DNA from: Bacteroidales bacterium
GTDB taxonomy: Bacteria; Bacteroidota; Bacteroidia; Bacteroidales; UBA4181
Reading direction: 5' to 3'
DNA length: 64,000 nt
NCBI GenBank assembly: GCA_031275285.1
Contig: JAISOY010000001.1
Location: forward strand, 6,813-70,812
Positions 19,830 through 28,363 of the stretch are shown one piece after another. Each line of letters opens with the position of its first letter. Position 1 is the stretch's first letter. Below the pieces are notes generated by a model. That model ran no database searches. It was not told the origin of the DNA and saw only the letters and a list, made by a program, of their open reading frames with translations. The position numbers and the translations under genes were made by a program.

Positions 19830-20750
19830 TTAATTGTTTTTCGTGAAATATTTCTTTAAAGGAACAGGTCGCAAATATACAACAATACCTCTTCTTCCAA
19901 GCTCAATAGTTTTATGTATAAAATATTTTGCATCATACACATTAACTGTCAAATTAGAAATTCGTTTTCTTATATATTTAGATTTATCAAAATATTTGCT
20001 GATCATCTTATTATGAGAACGATTTGTAAAATGATAGGAAAAATTATCGGAAGAGGTTAAATATTTCTGTTCATAAATTGTATTATCTTCTAATTTTATC
20101 TTTATTATTGTTTCTTTTTGAAAAAAAAGAGCAAAATAAGGCAATTCTGTTCTTAATATACTATCAGCACAATGCATTATCGTTCCTACAAAATACTTAC
20201 CTAGTCCGAATGTAAATACAAGAGCATTAAGTTCCGCCAACTTATAGTACGGTGATTTTTCATCCCAACAGCTAGTTGAAAACTGATGCTCATTTAAAAG
20301 GTAATCACTCATCGGACCTAAGGCACAAACAGAATGCCTGTTTATACTACGTTTTACATTAGGATAATTTCTGAAAGTTTCGGCAATTATTCCTGCAGCT
20401 GTGGGAGTTCCTTTGATACTAAAAACACTATCCGGTTTCCTTAATAATGGATATGCCGGCATTGCCAAAGTTCCCTCAGTTCCAATTTCTGTAAGTACTG
20501 CATTTATAAATTCATTTATTGTTCCTGTATAATTATAAAACTCATCCCATGAACTATGAATGAAAATAGTAGCTCCTTTTTTTAGTCCCATAGACTTCAT
20601 TAGTTCAATTAAATCATAGGTCGAATAGGTTTGTTTATATATTTTTTGTTCAACTTTTCTTTTAACATTCGTTTTGAAGGCCTCCCAAGAACGTACTTTC
20701 GTTCTTTTTTTTATCCAATACCATATCTTATGTTGTAATTTAAAAAACAT
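19830..20750 (-). CDS. AAC(3)-family-like N-acyltransferase
   Basis: 306 aa. LGLKKGATIFIHSS and GTEGTLAMPAYP resemble the aminoglycoside 3-N-acetyltransferase fold signature. Confidence 0.65.
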   Translation of the reverse strand: MFFKLQHKIWYWIKKRTKVRSWEAFKTNVKRKVEQKIYKQTYSTYDLIELMKSMGLKKGATIFIHSSWDEFYNYTGTINEFINAVLTEIGTEGTLAMPAYPLLRKPDSVFSIKGTPTAAGIIAETFRNYPNVKRSINRHSVCALGPMSDYLLNEHQFSTSCWDEKSPYYKLAELNALVFTFGLGKYFVGTIMHCADSILRTELPYFALFFQKETIIKIKLEDNTIYEQKYLTSSDNFSYHFTNRSHNKMISKYFDKSKYIRKRISNLTVNVYDAKYFIHKTIELGRRGIVVYLRPVPLKKYFTKNN

Positions 20751-20753
20751 GTT

Positions 20754-22052
20754 TTATTTTTTTCCTTTTGCCAATCTATATGTAAGACCAATCTGAATAA
20801 GATAAGCAAGACTTCGTCCTATACAAAACAAAATCAGTGTGGCCTTAATATCGTCTAAAACCATACCTATTATTAATGATGTTAAAGTTAACAATAAAAA
20901 GAGACTCTGCCAAAATAAATCCAATTTTTGTTTTTCAGCAATAATAAAAATCCAACTCGTTGGCATACTAATAAAACTTATCATATACATCACACACAAT
21001 AATCTTGCATATTCTCCTGCAACATACCATTCTGCGCCAAAAATGAACGAAAAAAGAGAGGGCGCAATAATGAATAAAATAATAAATGGGATAATCACAA
21101 TCTTTAAAAGAGTAAGGGTTGTTTTTCTGTATATAGCAAGACAATTTCCTGTATTGTTATAATCATGAGTTGCTCTCTGCTTAAAAACATCTTTAAATGT
21201 ATTGCCTAAAAAGCTAAGAGGAACACCTAAAACTCTATCTGTTAGTGCAAACAAACCGACTTCATGAATACCAAATTCCATAGTAATAAAAAATATGGGC
21301 AACCGGCCGGCTAAAGTATTTAGAAATTGTCCTGGAATGTTATATTTTGCAAAATCCAAATATCTTCTAGAAAAATATTTCATTTTGCGTATTGTAACAT
21401 ATTTAAACAAATAGAGATCTTCCTTTAAAACTCTATAAATTGCCAATGATGATGAAATAAGTTGACCGATTATTTGTCCAAATATCAGACCTGAAGAGGT
21501 CTTTGTAAAACCAAACAGGAGAGATCCTCCTGTAATACCGCTTGTATTAGTGATTTTATTCTTACTTAATATAATAAAACTCTTTTTTCTTATGCACCAT
21601 TCATTAAAAACCAAGTATATTGTAGCCAAAAATGCGCTCATTGGAACTAACCACAACACATTTTGAAAATCTCCTCCATTGAGGATAGAAGAAAGAAATG
21701 AAGATATGGGTTTTTCAAAAATTAGAAATAAAAAAAGTAATATAAGAGAAAAAGATAAAGCCAATATACAACTAAGAGATAAAACATTTATGGCTTCTTG
21801 ATTTCTTTTTGGTAAAATAATTGCTAGTTCATATTTCCCCGAAATAAAAATCGTAATAATTGCAGTTATTGCCATAAAATTTTCATATACCCCAAATTCA
21901 TCCGGTGAAAAAAGTCTGGTTAATAACGGGGCACAGAGTATAGGTATTAATTGTGCAATGGCAGTACCACTCATTAGTGTTAGCAAGTTTTTCTTAAACT
22001 CACTCCCTTGTAGCACTTTATGAAAGAATTTATTAATTATATTTTTCTCCAC
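20754..22052 (-). CDS. wzx: Wzx-type oligosaccharide flippase (MOP superfamily)
   Basis: 432 aa, about 12 predicted hydrophobic helices, GTG start. Located in the glycan operon. Confidence 0.8.
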   Translation of the reverse strand: MEKNIINKFFHKVLQGSEFKKNLLTLMSGTAIAQLIPILCAPLLTRLFSPDEFGVYENFMAITAIITIFISGKYELAIILPKRNQEAINVLSLSCILALSFSLILLFLFLIFEKPISSFLSSILNGGDFQNVLWLVPMSAFLATIYLVFNEWCIRKKSFIILSKNKITNTSGITGGSLLFGFTKTSSGLIFGQIIGQLISSSLAIYRVLKEDLYLFKYVTIRKMKYFSRRYLDFAKYNIPGQFLNTLAGRLPIFFITMEFGIHEVGLFALTDRVLGVPLSFLGNTFKDVFKQRATHDYNNTGNCLAIYRKTTLTLLKIVIIPFIILFIIAPSLFSFIFGAEWYVAGEYARLLCVMYMISFISMPTSWIFIIAEKQKLDLFWQSLFLLLTLTSLIIGMVLDDIKATLILFCIGRSLAYLIQIGLTYRLAKGKK

Positions 22053-22106
22053 ATTTCATTCTTCATAAAATAAAGCAAACTTTGCCCCTCTATGCATATA
22101 TTATTT

Positions 22107-23066
22107 TTAAAACGATATCTTCTCCATCAATCTAATTCCAGAAAGTACATCCTCCTGACTCGGAAATTTCTCCCATTGTTTTTTTACAATATATTCATAC
22201 ATCTTATCATGTCCTTTACCATACTGGTGGTCAATGGTAAAATCCATATCCGGTTTTTCCATCTCCTCCACATCCCAAAAATCAATCCGGTTCAGATTGG
22301 TTCCGCTTAAACGAACAGTTCCTTTTTCACCAATGACTGTCAGTTCCGTCATAAAATTGGTACGATATACGCTTACCGTTGCATTTAATGCACCTATTGT
22401 TCCGCTTTCCAATTCACAGATGGCAGAAATGGTGTCATGGACTTCAAATTTACGTAAATCCCCACCTACGCCATAAGCATTTTTTATCTTTCCGAAAAGG
22501 AAATGGATCATATCCACATAATGACTGGCTTGTGTATAAAAAACACCTCCGTCATATGCTTTGGTACCATGCCAGTCGATGTTAAAATATTCATCATTCC
22601 GGTTCCAGAATATATTACATACAAACTGATAAATCTTGCCTAAACGGCCGGATTCGACCAGTTCTTTCATAAAAGCCACCAAAGGATTGTAACGATTCTG
22701 GAAGACCGGTAATAAGATTTTACCAGCTCTTTTTACTTTATCCAGCATTTCAAATACTTCCCGTGAAGTAAGGGAAATAGGTTTTTCACAAATGATATAA
22801 GGAATGTCCGTGGTCTCAGCTATTTCTATTACATGCCGGGGATGCATACCTGAAGGGGTTAATACAGCAACTATGTCAACATCTTTCAGTTGCTTATAAT
22901 CTGTAACATAAGGTACGGAAAGTTGTGAAGAAACCGCTTTGGCCTTTTCTTCATTTATATCGCAAATCTGTGTAATATCGATCCCGTCAACAACCTGAAC
23001 CGCTTCGATGTGTCGTTTAGATATTCTTCCGCAACCGACCAGTGCCAATCTTTTATTTTGTGTCAT
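22107..23066 (-). CDS. wbpB: Gfo/Idh/MocA oxidoreductase, WbpB-like UDP-GlcNAcA 3-dehydrogenase
   Basis: 319 aa. LALVGCGRISKRH Rossmann N-terminus with no signal peptide. Embedded with WbpA/D/E-like genes. Confidence 0.75.
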   Translation of the reverse strand: MTQNKRLALVGCGRISKRHIEAVQVVDGIDITQICDINEEKAKAVSSQLSVPYVTDYKQLKDVDIVAVLTPSGMHPRHVIEIAETTDIPYIICEKPISLTSREVFEMLDKVKRAGKILLPVFQNRYNPLVAFMKELVESGRLGKIYQFVCNIFWNRNDEYFNIDWHGTKAYDGGVFYTQASHYVDMIHFLFGKIKNAYGVGGDLRKFEVHDTISAICELESGTIGALNATVSVYRTNFMTELTVIGEKGTVRLSGTNLNRIDFWDVEEMEKPDMDFTIDHQYGKGHDKMYEYIVKKQWEKFPSQEDVLSGIRLMEKISF

Positions 23067-23072
23067 TCCTTT

Positions 23073-24371
23073 TTAAAGCTTATAAATGTTTTCTTCGTTT
23101 TGTGAATAAGCATTTTGTAAATCTACGATCATTTTAGCATGTTTACGGATCATCTCAAAATCATATGCCGAATGCTTCGTAGAGATCACTACGACATCTG
23201 CATCAGAAAGGTTTTCGGGAGATAATTCAATTGAAGAAAAAGAATTTCCTCCGCACGTCTTTATTTGTGAAATAAAAGGATCATTGTATGATACAACACC
23301 TCCTTTTTTAACCACTTCATCTATAATTTCCAATGCAGGGGACTCACGTTCATCATCAATATTCGGTTTGTAGGCTACTCCAAGGAAAAATACCTTACTC
23401 CCGTTAACAGGCTTTTTCTGTCTGTTCAACGCTGTATTTATTTTAATATACATATAATGAGGCATTCGCATATTGATATGTCCTGCCGTATGAATCATAC
23501 TCAGATCAAATTCATACATTTTGGCAATATGTTCCAAATAAAAGGGATCTAAAGGAATACAATGCCCTCCAATCCCAGGACCCGGATAAAAAGCCTGAAA
23601 ACCGAAAGGTTTGGTCTTGGCTGCTTCTATGACTTCCCAGATATTGATATCCATTTTTCCGGATAATAATGCCAGTTCATTAATCAAACTGATATTGATC
23701 AGCCGGTAAGTATTTTCAAGAATTTTCACCATTTCCGCTACGCGGGGAGAACTGACCGGATAGATATGATCAATGGCTTTGGAATAAATTTTCTTACCGA
23801 TTTCTAATCCTTCTGAAGTCATGGCTCCCAAAACCTTAGGCGTATTTTTGGTGTGGAAATTTTTATTCCCGGGATCTACCCTTTCCGGCGAATAGGCCAG
23901 CCAGAAATCTTTACCTACTTTCATCCCTGATTCCTTTTCAATAATAGGGAGCATCACGTTTTCGGTAGTTGTCGGATAAGTGGTACTTTCCAGACAAATG
24001 AATACTTCCCGTTTCATATTTTGTCCGATGCTGATACAAGCTGATTCGATATAACTCATATCCGGCTTTCTGAACCGGTCCAATGGAGTCGGAACACAGA
24101 TCAAAATAGCATCACATTGATTCAATTCGGAAAAATCAGTGGTCGCACGGAAATAGACTTTGTTGACGACTTCCTTCAATACGGCATCACGGATATCTTT
24201 TATATAATTTTCACCATGATTGACTTTATCTACCTTTGACTGAGATTTGTCAAACCCAATGACATGTACACCTGCTTCAGCAAATGCAACCGCCAAAGGT
24301 AATCCGACATACCCTAGTCCTATAACACCAATAATTTCCTGATTATTATCTATTTTCTCGTGTATATTCAT
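23073..24371 (-). CDS. wbpA: nucleotide-sugar 6-dehydrogenase, WbpA-like (UDP-GlcNAc 6-dehydrogenase)
   Basis: 432 aa. GVIGLGYVGLPLA NAD site and catalytic-Cys context GPGIGGHCIPLDP. Confidence 0.8.
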   Translation of the reverse strand: MNIHEKIDNNQEIIGVIGLGYVGLPLAVAFAEAGVHVIGFDKSQSKVDKVNHGENYIKDIRDAVLKEVVNKVYFRATTDFSELNQCDAILICVPTPLDRFRKPDMSYIESACISIGQNMKREVFICLESTTYPTTTENVMLPIIEKESGMKVGKDFWLAYSPERVDPGNKNFHTKNTPKVLGAMTSEGLEIGKKIYSKAIDHIYPVSSPRVAEMVKILENTYRLINISLINELALLSGKMDINIWEVIEAAKTKPFGFQAFYPGPGIGGHCIPLDPFYLEHIAKMYEFDLSMIHTAGHINMRMPHYMYIKINTALNRQKKPVNGSKVFFLGVAYKPNIDDERESPALEIIDEVVKKGGVVSYNDPFISQIKTCGGNSFSSIELSPENLSDADVVVISTKHSAYDFEMIRKHAKMIVDLQNAYSQNEENIYKL

Positions 24372-24391
24372 TTTTCAAATTTGACGCAAAT

Positions 24392-24970
24392 TTAATCAAT
24401 CCGATGGACTTTATTATTCTCCAGTTGATATTTCTGCTTGCTTTCAGGGCAAACAGCTAATCCGTTTCCATCAAAAGCCAGGTTATAACCATATTCGCTC
24501 ATCCATCCTTTATGTCTGGCCGGATTACCGACCCACAAGGAATATGGAGGTATATTTTTAGTAACAACAGCTCCTGCCCCGATAAAAGCAAATTCACCTA
24601 TATCATTTCCACATACGATGGTAGCATTGGCACCAATCGTCGCACCTTTTCCCACGTGTGTCCGGGCATATTCACCCCGACGATTAATCTGACTTCGGGG
24701 ATTGATCACATTGGTAAAAACACAGGATGGACCTAAGAAAACATCATCTGCACAGGTTACACCCGTATAGACAGATACATTGTTCTGTATCTTGACGTTA
24801 TTTCCCAGGATAACTTCCGGTGATACTACCACATTCTGACCTATATTACAATTTTCCCCAATCTTACAACCTTTCATGATATGCGAAAAATGCCATATTT
24901 TCGTTCCTCTACCAATGGCACAATCATCGTCAATCACGGCTGTAGGATGTGCAAAGTAAATTTTATCCAT
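24392..24970 (-). CDS. wbpD: hexapeptide-repeat N-acetyltransferase, WbpD-like
   Basis: 192 aa left-handed beta-helix repeats. YFAHPTAVIDDDCAIGRGTKIWHFSHIM matches the WbpD-type N-terminus. TAATG overlap with the upstream gene. Confidence 0.8.
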   Translation of the reverse strand: MDKIYFAHPTAVIDDDCAIGRGTKIWHFSHIMKGCKIGENCNIGQNVVVSPEVILGNNVKIQNNVSVYTGVTCADDVFLGPSCVFTNVINPRSQINRRGEYARTHVGKGATIGANATIVCGNDIGEFAFIGAGAVVTKNIPPYSLWVGNPARHKGWMSEYGYNLAFDGNGLAVCPESKQKYQLENNKVHRID

Positions 24971-26094
24971 TATTCAAAAAAGGACTTAATTGCTGATATG
25001 ATAATTTCTTGTTCTTTTTTCGTTAGTTCGGTATGCATCGGCAAAGACAATACAGATGAGGACAATTCTTTAGAAATATGTAATGATTCGGCAGCTTTGG
25101 CTATATTTCTAAAAGCGGGTTGTTCACTCATCGGCAAAGGATAATAGATCATTGACGGGATACTTTTTTCTGCAAGGTATTGTTTTAATTTATCCCGCTT
25201 TCCGTTTTTTATTTTTAATGTATATTGATGATATACATGCGTAGAATAAGGCATTTCCTGAGGTATTTCAATACCACTAATCCCTTTTAATCCATCATGA
25301 TAAATCTGTGCTGCCTGATACCTGGATTGTGCATACTCATCCAGATATTTCAGTTTCACATCAAGAATAGCAGCTTGCAAGGTATCTAAACGCGAATTAC
25401 AACCCAACACTTCATGATGATATTTTACTTTTTGCCCATGCATGGTGATCATGCGGAGTTTTTCTGCTAACTCGTCATCTTCTGTCATAATAGCTCCACC
25501 ATCGCCGAAACAACCTAAATTTTTAGACGGAAAAAATGAAGTACAACCAATATGTCCGATGGTACCTGTTTGTTTTTCTGATCCATCAGAAAATTGATAT
25601 CTGGTTCCCAATGCCTGAGCGTTATCTTCAACTACGTATAAATTGTTTTTCAGGGCAAAATTCATGATCTCTTCCATTGGGCAACTCTGTCCGAACAGGT
25701 GTACCGGAATTATAGCCTTGGTTTTAGAAGTTAACCCTCTTTCTATATTTGCTAGGGATATATTAAACGATCGCGGATCAACATCTACCATTACCGGTAT
25801 TAATTTCAGAAGTCCGATAACTTCAGCTGCAGCTACGTAGGTAAATGCCGGAACGATTACCTCGTCCCCCGGTTGCAGCCCCAACGCCATCAACGAAATT
25901 TGCAAGGCGTCCGTACCGTTCCCGCATGTTATCACATGTTTAGCTCCCGTATATTTCTCCAGATTTGCTTTGAATTTCCTTACTTGTGGTCCATTAATAA
26001 AAGCTGTATCTGTTATTACTTTTGATATAGCATCATCCACTTCTTGTTGAATCTTTCGATATTGACCCAAAAGATCACACATTTGTATTGCCAT
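24970..26094 (-). CDS. wbpE: DegT-family PLP aminotransferase, WbpE-like
   Basis: The ORF opens with TTG at 26103. The first ATG (26094) gives MAIQMCDLLGQY, typical of the family. PLP-Lys context FFPSKNLGCFGDGGAI. First gene of the operon. Confidence 0.85.
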   Translation of the reverse strand: MAIQMCDLLGQYRKIQQEVDDAISKVITDTAFINGPQVRKFKANLEKYTGAKHVITCGNGTDALQISLMALGLQPGDEVIVPAFTYVAAAEVIGLLKLIPVMVDVDPRSFNISLANIERGLTSKTKAIIPVHLFGQSCPMEEIMNFALKNNLYVVEDNAQALGTRYQFSDGSEKQTGTIGHIGCTSFFPSKNLGCFGDGGAIMTEDDELAEKLRMITMHGQKVKYHHEVLGCNSRLDTLQAAILDVKLKYLDEYAQSRYQAAQIYHDGLKGISGIEIPQEMPYSTHVYHQYTLKIKNGKRDKLKQYLAEKSIPSMIYYPLPMSEQPAFRNIAKAAESLHISKELSSSVLSLPMHTELTKKEQEIIISAIKSFFE

Positions 26095-26142
26095 ATTTGT
26101 CAAATCATTATCCTGTTTATGTCATGCTTTGTTAAGACCCCG

Positions 26143-26150
26143 CAAAGATA
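26143..26150 (-). promoter_or_regulatory. Bacteroidetes-type -7 box (TATCTTTG) for the glycan operon
   Basis: Reverse complement of caaagata. It matches TAnnTTTG about 45 nt upstream of the wbpE-like start. Confidence 0.45.
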
Positions 26151-26253
26151 GTTAAATACGTAAAATAAAACAATCCGGATATTATTATGTTCCAGATGTC
26201 CCAAATATTTTTTAATTTTTAATCTTTCACCATTCCAATTCAATCCATTTATT

Positions 26254-26261
26254 TATTTTTG
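26254..26261 (+). promoter_or_regulatory. Bacteroidetes-type -7 box (TATTTTTG) for the PAP2 gene
   Basis: Matches TAnnTTTG 30 nt upstream of the ATG at 26291. Confidence 0.4.
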
Positions 26262-26290
26262 TAAATTGTTGAAGTAGAAACAGCCATTAC

Positions 26291-26962
26291 ATGAAAACAC
26301 TTTTCCGCCAAAATATCTATTATTTCATAACCATATTCATCCTAATTATCTCAGGAGGACTTATCTTACTTTTTTCATCTAAAGAAGGCTTTTCGCTATG
26401 GGTGAATGCGCGTTATTCCGGGTTAATGGATATCGTTATATTAGGCATCAACCAGATAGGTACAGTTTGGTTCAATGCGTTAATCGTCATTCTGCTATGG
26501 TTATGGAAAGGGTGGAAAACAGCCTTACAGGGAGCTTCCTGCTTTGCAGTAACAGTTTTAGTAATTGCTTTCTTCAAATATGTGGTTTTTCCCGGCACTC
26601 CACGTCCGACGGTACTTTTCGAAGGAAGAGAAATACTCCGGCTCATTGAGGGCGTGGTCCAGTTAAAAACGGAAAGTTTTCCATCCGGACATACGGCATC
26701 AGCTTTTTCCATAGCCACAGTCCTGGCATTTTTGCTTCCCGGAAAGCAATACCACTGGCTACTTGCATTGGCAGCTGCTTTGGTAGGATATGGTAGGATT
26801 TACCTCTCACAACATTTCATCACAGATGTGTATGCAGGAATGATCATTGCCGTAATTGTTTCTACATTCATTTACTGGTGGATGGAAAGAGTTTTGCATA
26901 TCAATAATCCGGTTCAGCCGGAAGTAATAACGAACAAAAATATTCATCCATCAACATCATGA
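26291..26962 (+). CDS. PAP2-family phosphatase (undecaprenyl-diphosphatase-like membrane protein)
   Basis: 223 aa with multiple TM spans and PAP2 motifs GTPRP, PSGHTASAF and SQHFITDV. Confidence 0.85.
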   Translation: MKTLFRQNIYYFITIFILIISGGLILLFSSKEGFSLWVNARYSGLMDIVILGINQIGTVWFNALIVILLWLWKGWKTALQGASCFAVTVLVIAFFKYVVFPGTPRPTVLFEGREILRLIEGVVQLKTESFPSGHTASAFSIATVLAFLLPGKQYHWLLALAAALVGYGRIYLSQHFITDVYAGMIIAVIVSTFIYWWMERVLHINNPVQPEVITNKNIHPSTS

Positions 26963-28092
26963 ATCAACATACCAGAAGAGGATTTATCAGATCGACACTT
27001 GGGGTAACTGCCGGAATACTGGCAGGCAATTCTTTATCGGGGAATGCATTTTCTCCCTTGATGATACCCCATCGCCAAAGCCAACCACGCATCCGTTTTT
27101 CCGTAATAGGACTGAACCATGGACATATTTACGGTCAGGTACAATCAGTCATCAAAGGTGGAGGGGAGCTGGTTGCATTTTATGCAAAAGAGGACGATCT
27201 GTCCCAGGCTTTTGCAAAACGTTATCCAAACGCCAAACGGGCCCGGAGTGAGGAAGAAATCCTCGAAGACAACAGCATACAGCTGATTGTGAGCGCTTCC
27301 ATACCTAGTGAACGGGCTCCGCTGGGTGTGCGGGTAATGGAACATGGAAAAGATTTTATGGTGGATAAACCGGGAATCACGTCCTTATCCCAACTAAAAG
27401 AAGTGCGTAAGGTACAAAAGAAAACCGGACGCATATATTCCATTTTATATTCCGAACGGTTCGAAAATAAAGCAACCGTGAAAGCGGGTGAGCTGGTGAA
27501 GGCCGGAGCTATTGGAAAAGTGATCCAGACCATTGGTCTGGGACCCCACCGGATAAGTATCAAATCAAGGCCGGAATGGTTTTTTGATAAAAAATACTTT
27601 GGTGGGATCATCTGTGATATCGGCAGCCATCAGTTTGACCAGTTTTTGTTTTTTACAGGTTCTACCGAAGCAAAAATCCTGGCATCGCAGATAGGAAATG
27701 TACACTATCCGCAATATCCTGAATTTGAGGATTTCGGAGATGCAATGGTACAGGGAAATCATGGAAGCGGCTATATCCGTGTCGATTGGTTTACTCCTGA
27801 CGGGCTAAAAACATGGGGAGACGGACGGTTGACCATCCTCGGGACAGACGGTTATATAGAAATCAGAAAAAACATTGATATTGACGGAAAGAATGGTGGC
27901 AATCATTTATTTCTGGTCGATCACAAAGAGACCCGGCACATCGATTGCGGAAATGTGGACCTGCCCTACGGCAAGCAATTGGTGGATGATATTGTTAACC
28001 GGACAGAAACAGCCATGACTCAGGAACATTGTTTTCTGGCTACGGAGTTAACCTTGCAGGCACAGAAGAATGCAGTAAAGATGAAAAAGTAG
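26959..28092 (+). CDS. Gfo/Idh/MocA-family oxidoreductase with twin-arginine signal
   Basis: 377 aa. Tat motif TRRGFIRSTLGVTAG and Rossmann FSVIGLNHGHIY. ATGA overlap with the PAP2 stop. Confidence 0.85.
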   Translation: MNQHTRRGFIRSTLGVTAGILAGNSLSGNAFSPLMIPHRQSQPRIRFSVIGLNHGHIYGQVQSVIKGGGELVAFYAKEDDLSQAFAKRYPNAKRARSEEEILEDNSIQLIVSASIPSERAPLGVRVMEHGKDFMVDKPGITSLSQLKEVRKVQKKTGRIYSILYSERFENKATVKAGELVKAGAIGKVIQTIGLGPHRISIKSRPEWFFDKKYFGGIICDIGSHQFDQFLFFTGSTEAKILASQIGNVHYPQYPEFEDFGDAMVQGNHGSGYIRVDWFTPDGLKTWGDGRLTILGTDGYIEIRKNIDIDGKNGGNHLFLVDHKETRHIDCGNVDLPYGKQLVDDIVNRTETAMTQEHCFLATELTLQAQKNAVKMKK

Positions 28093-28095
28093 AAA

Positions 28096-28290
28096 GTCAA
28101 AAGTTTATAAAGTTGGAAAGTTAAAAGTTTATAAAGTCATAAAGTAGGAATGTTGAATGTTGAATGATGAATAAGAAATGGAAAAAGATATCCGAACCCA
28201 CTTTCGGACTTTTTGACTTCTGGTATAGAACAATGAACTGAAAAAATCATAATTCGTAATTCATCATCCGTAATTCGTAATTCATAGTTT
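28096..28290. repeat. intergenic word-repeat array (AAAGT/ATAAAGT octamers, GAATGTT heptamers, CGTAATTC repeats)
   Basis: Runs aagtttataaagttggaaagttaaaagtttataaagtcataaagtaggaatgttgaatgttgaatgatgaat, then cgtaattcatcatccgtaattcgtaattcat. It contains the hairpin TCCGAA/TTCGGA (28191-28208) followed by a T-run. Confidence 0.5.
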
Positions 28291-28309
28291 TTGGTTCATA
28301 AAACTTTAC

Positions 28310-28317
28310 TACTTTTG
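28310..28317 (+). promoter_or_regulatory. -7 box (TACTTTTG) upstream of mutS2
   Basis: Matches TAnnTTTG 47 nt upstream of the GTG start at 28364. Confidence 0.45.
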
Positions 28318-28363
28318 CGGAAAACATTGAGACATTTCAATTAGTTATTGTAAAGATTTTTTT

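Noticed and set aside
26104-26290. Possible invertible promoter / UpxY-type control region of the capsule locus
   Set aside because: I found no flanking inverted repeats and no recombinase or upxY/upxZ-like ORF. There is only one -7 box per strand.
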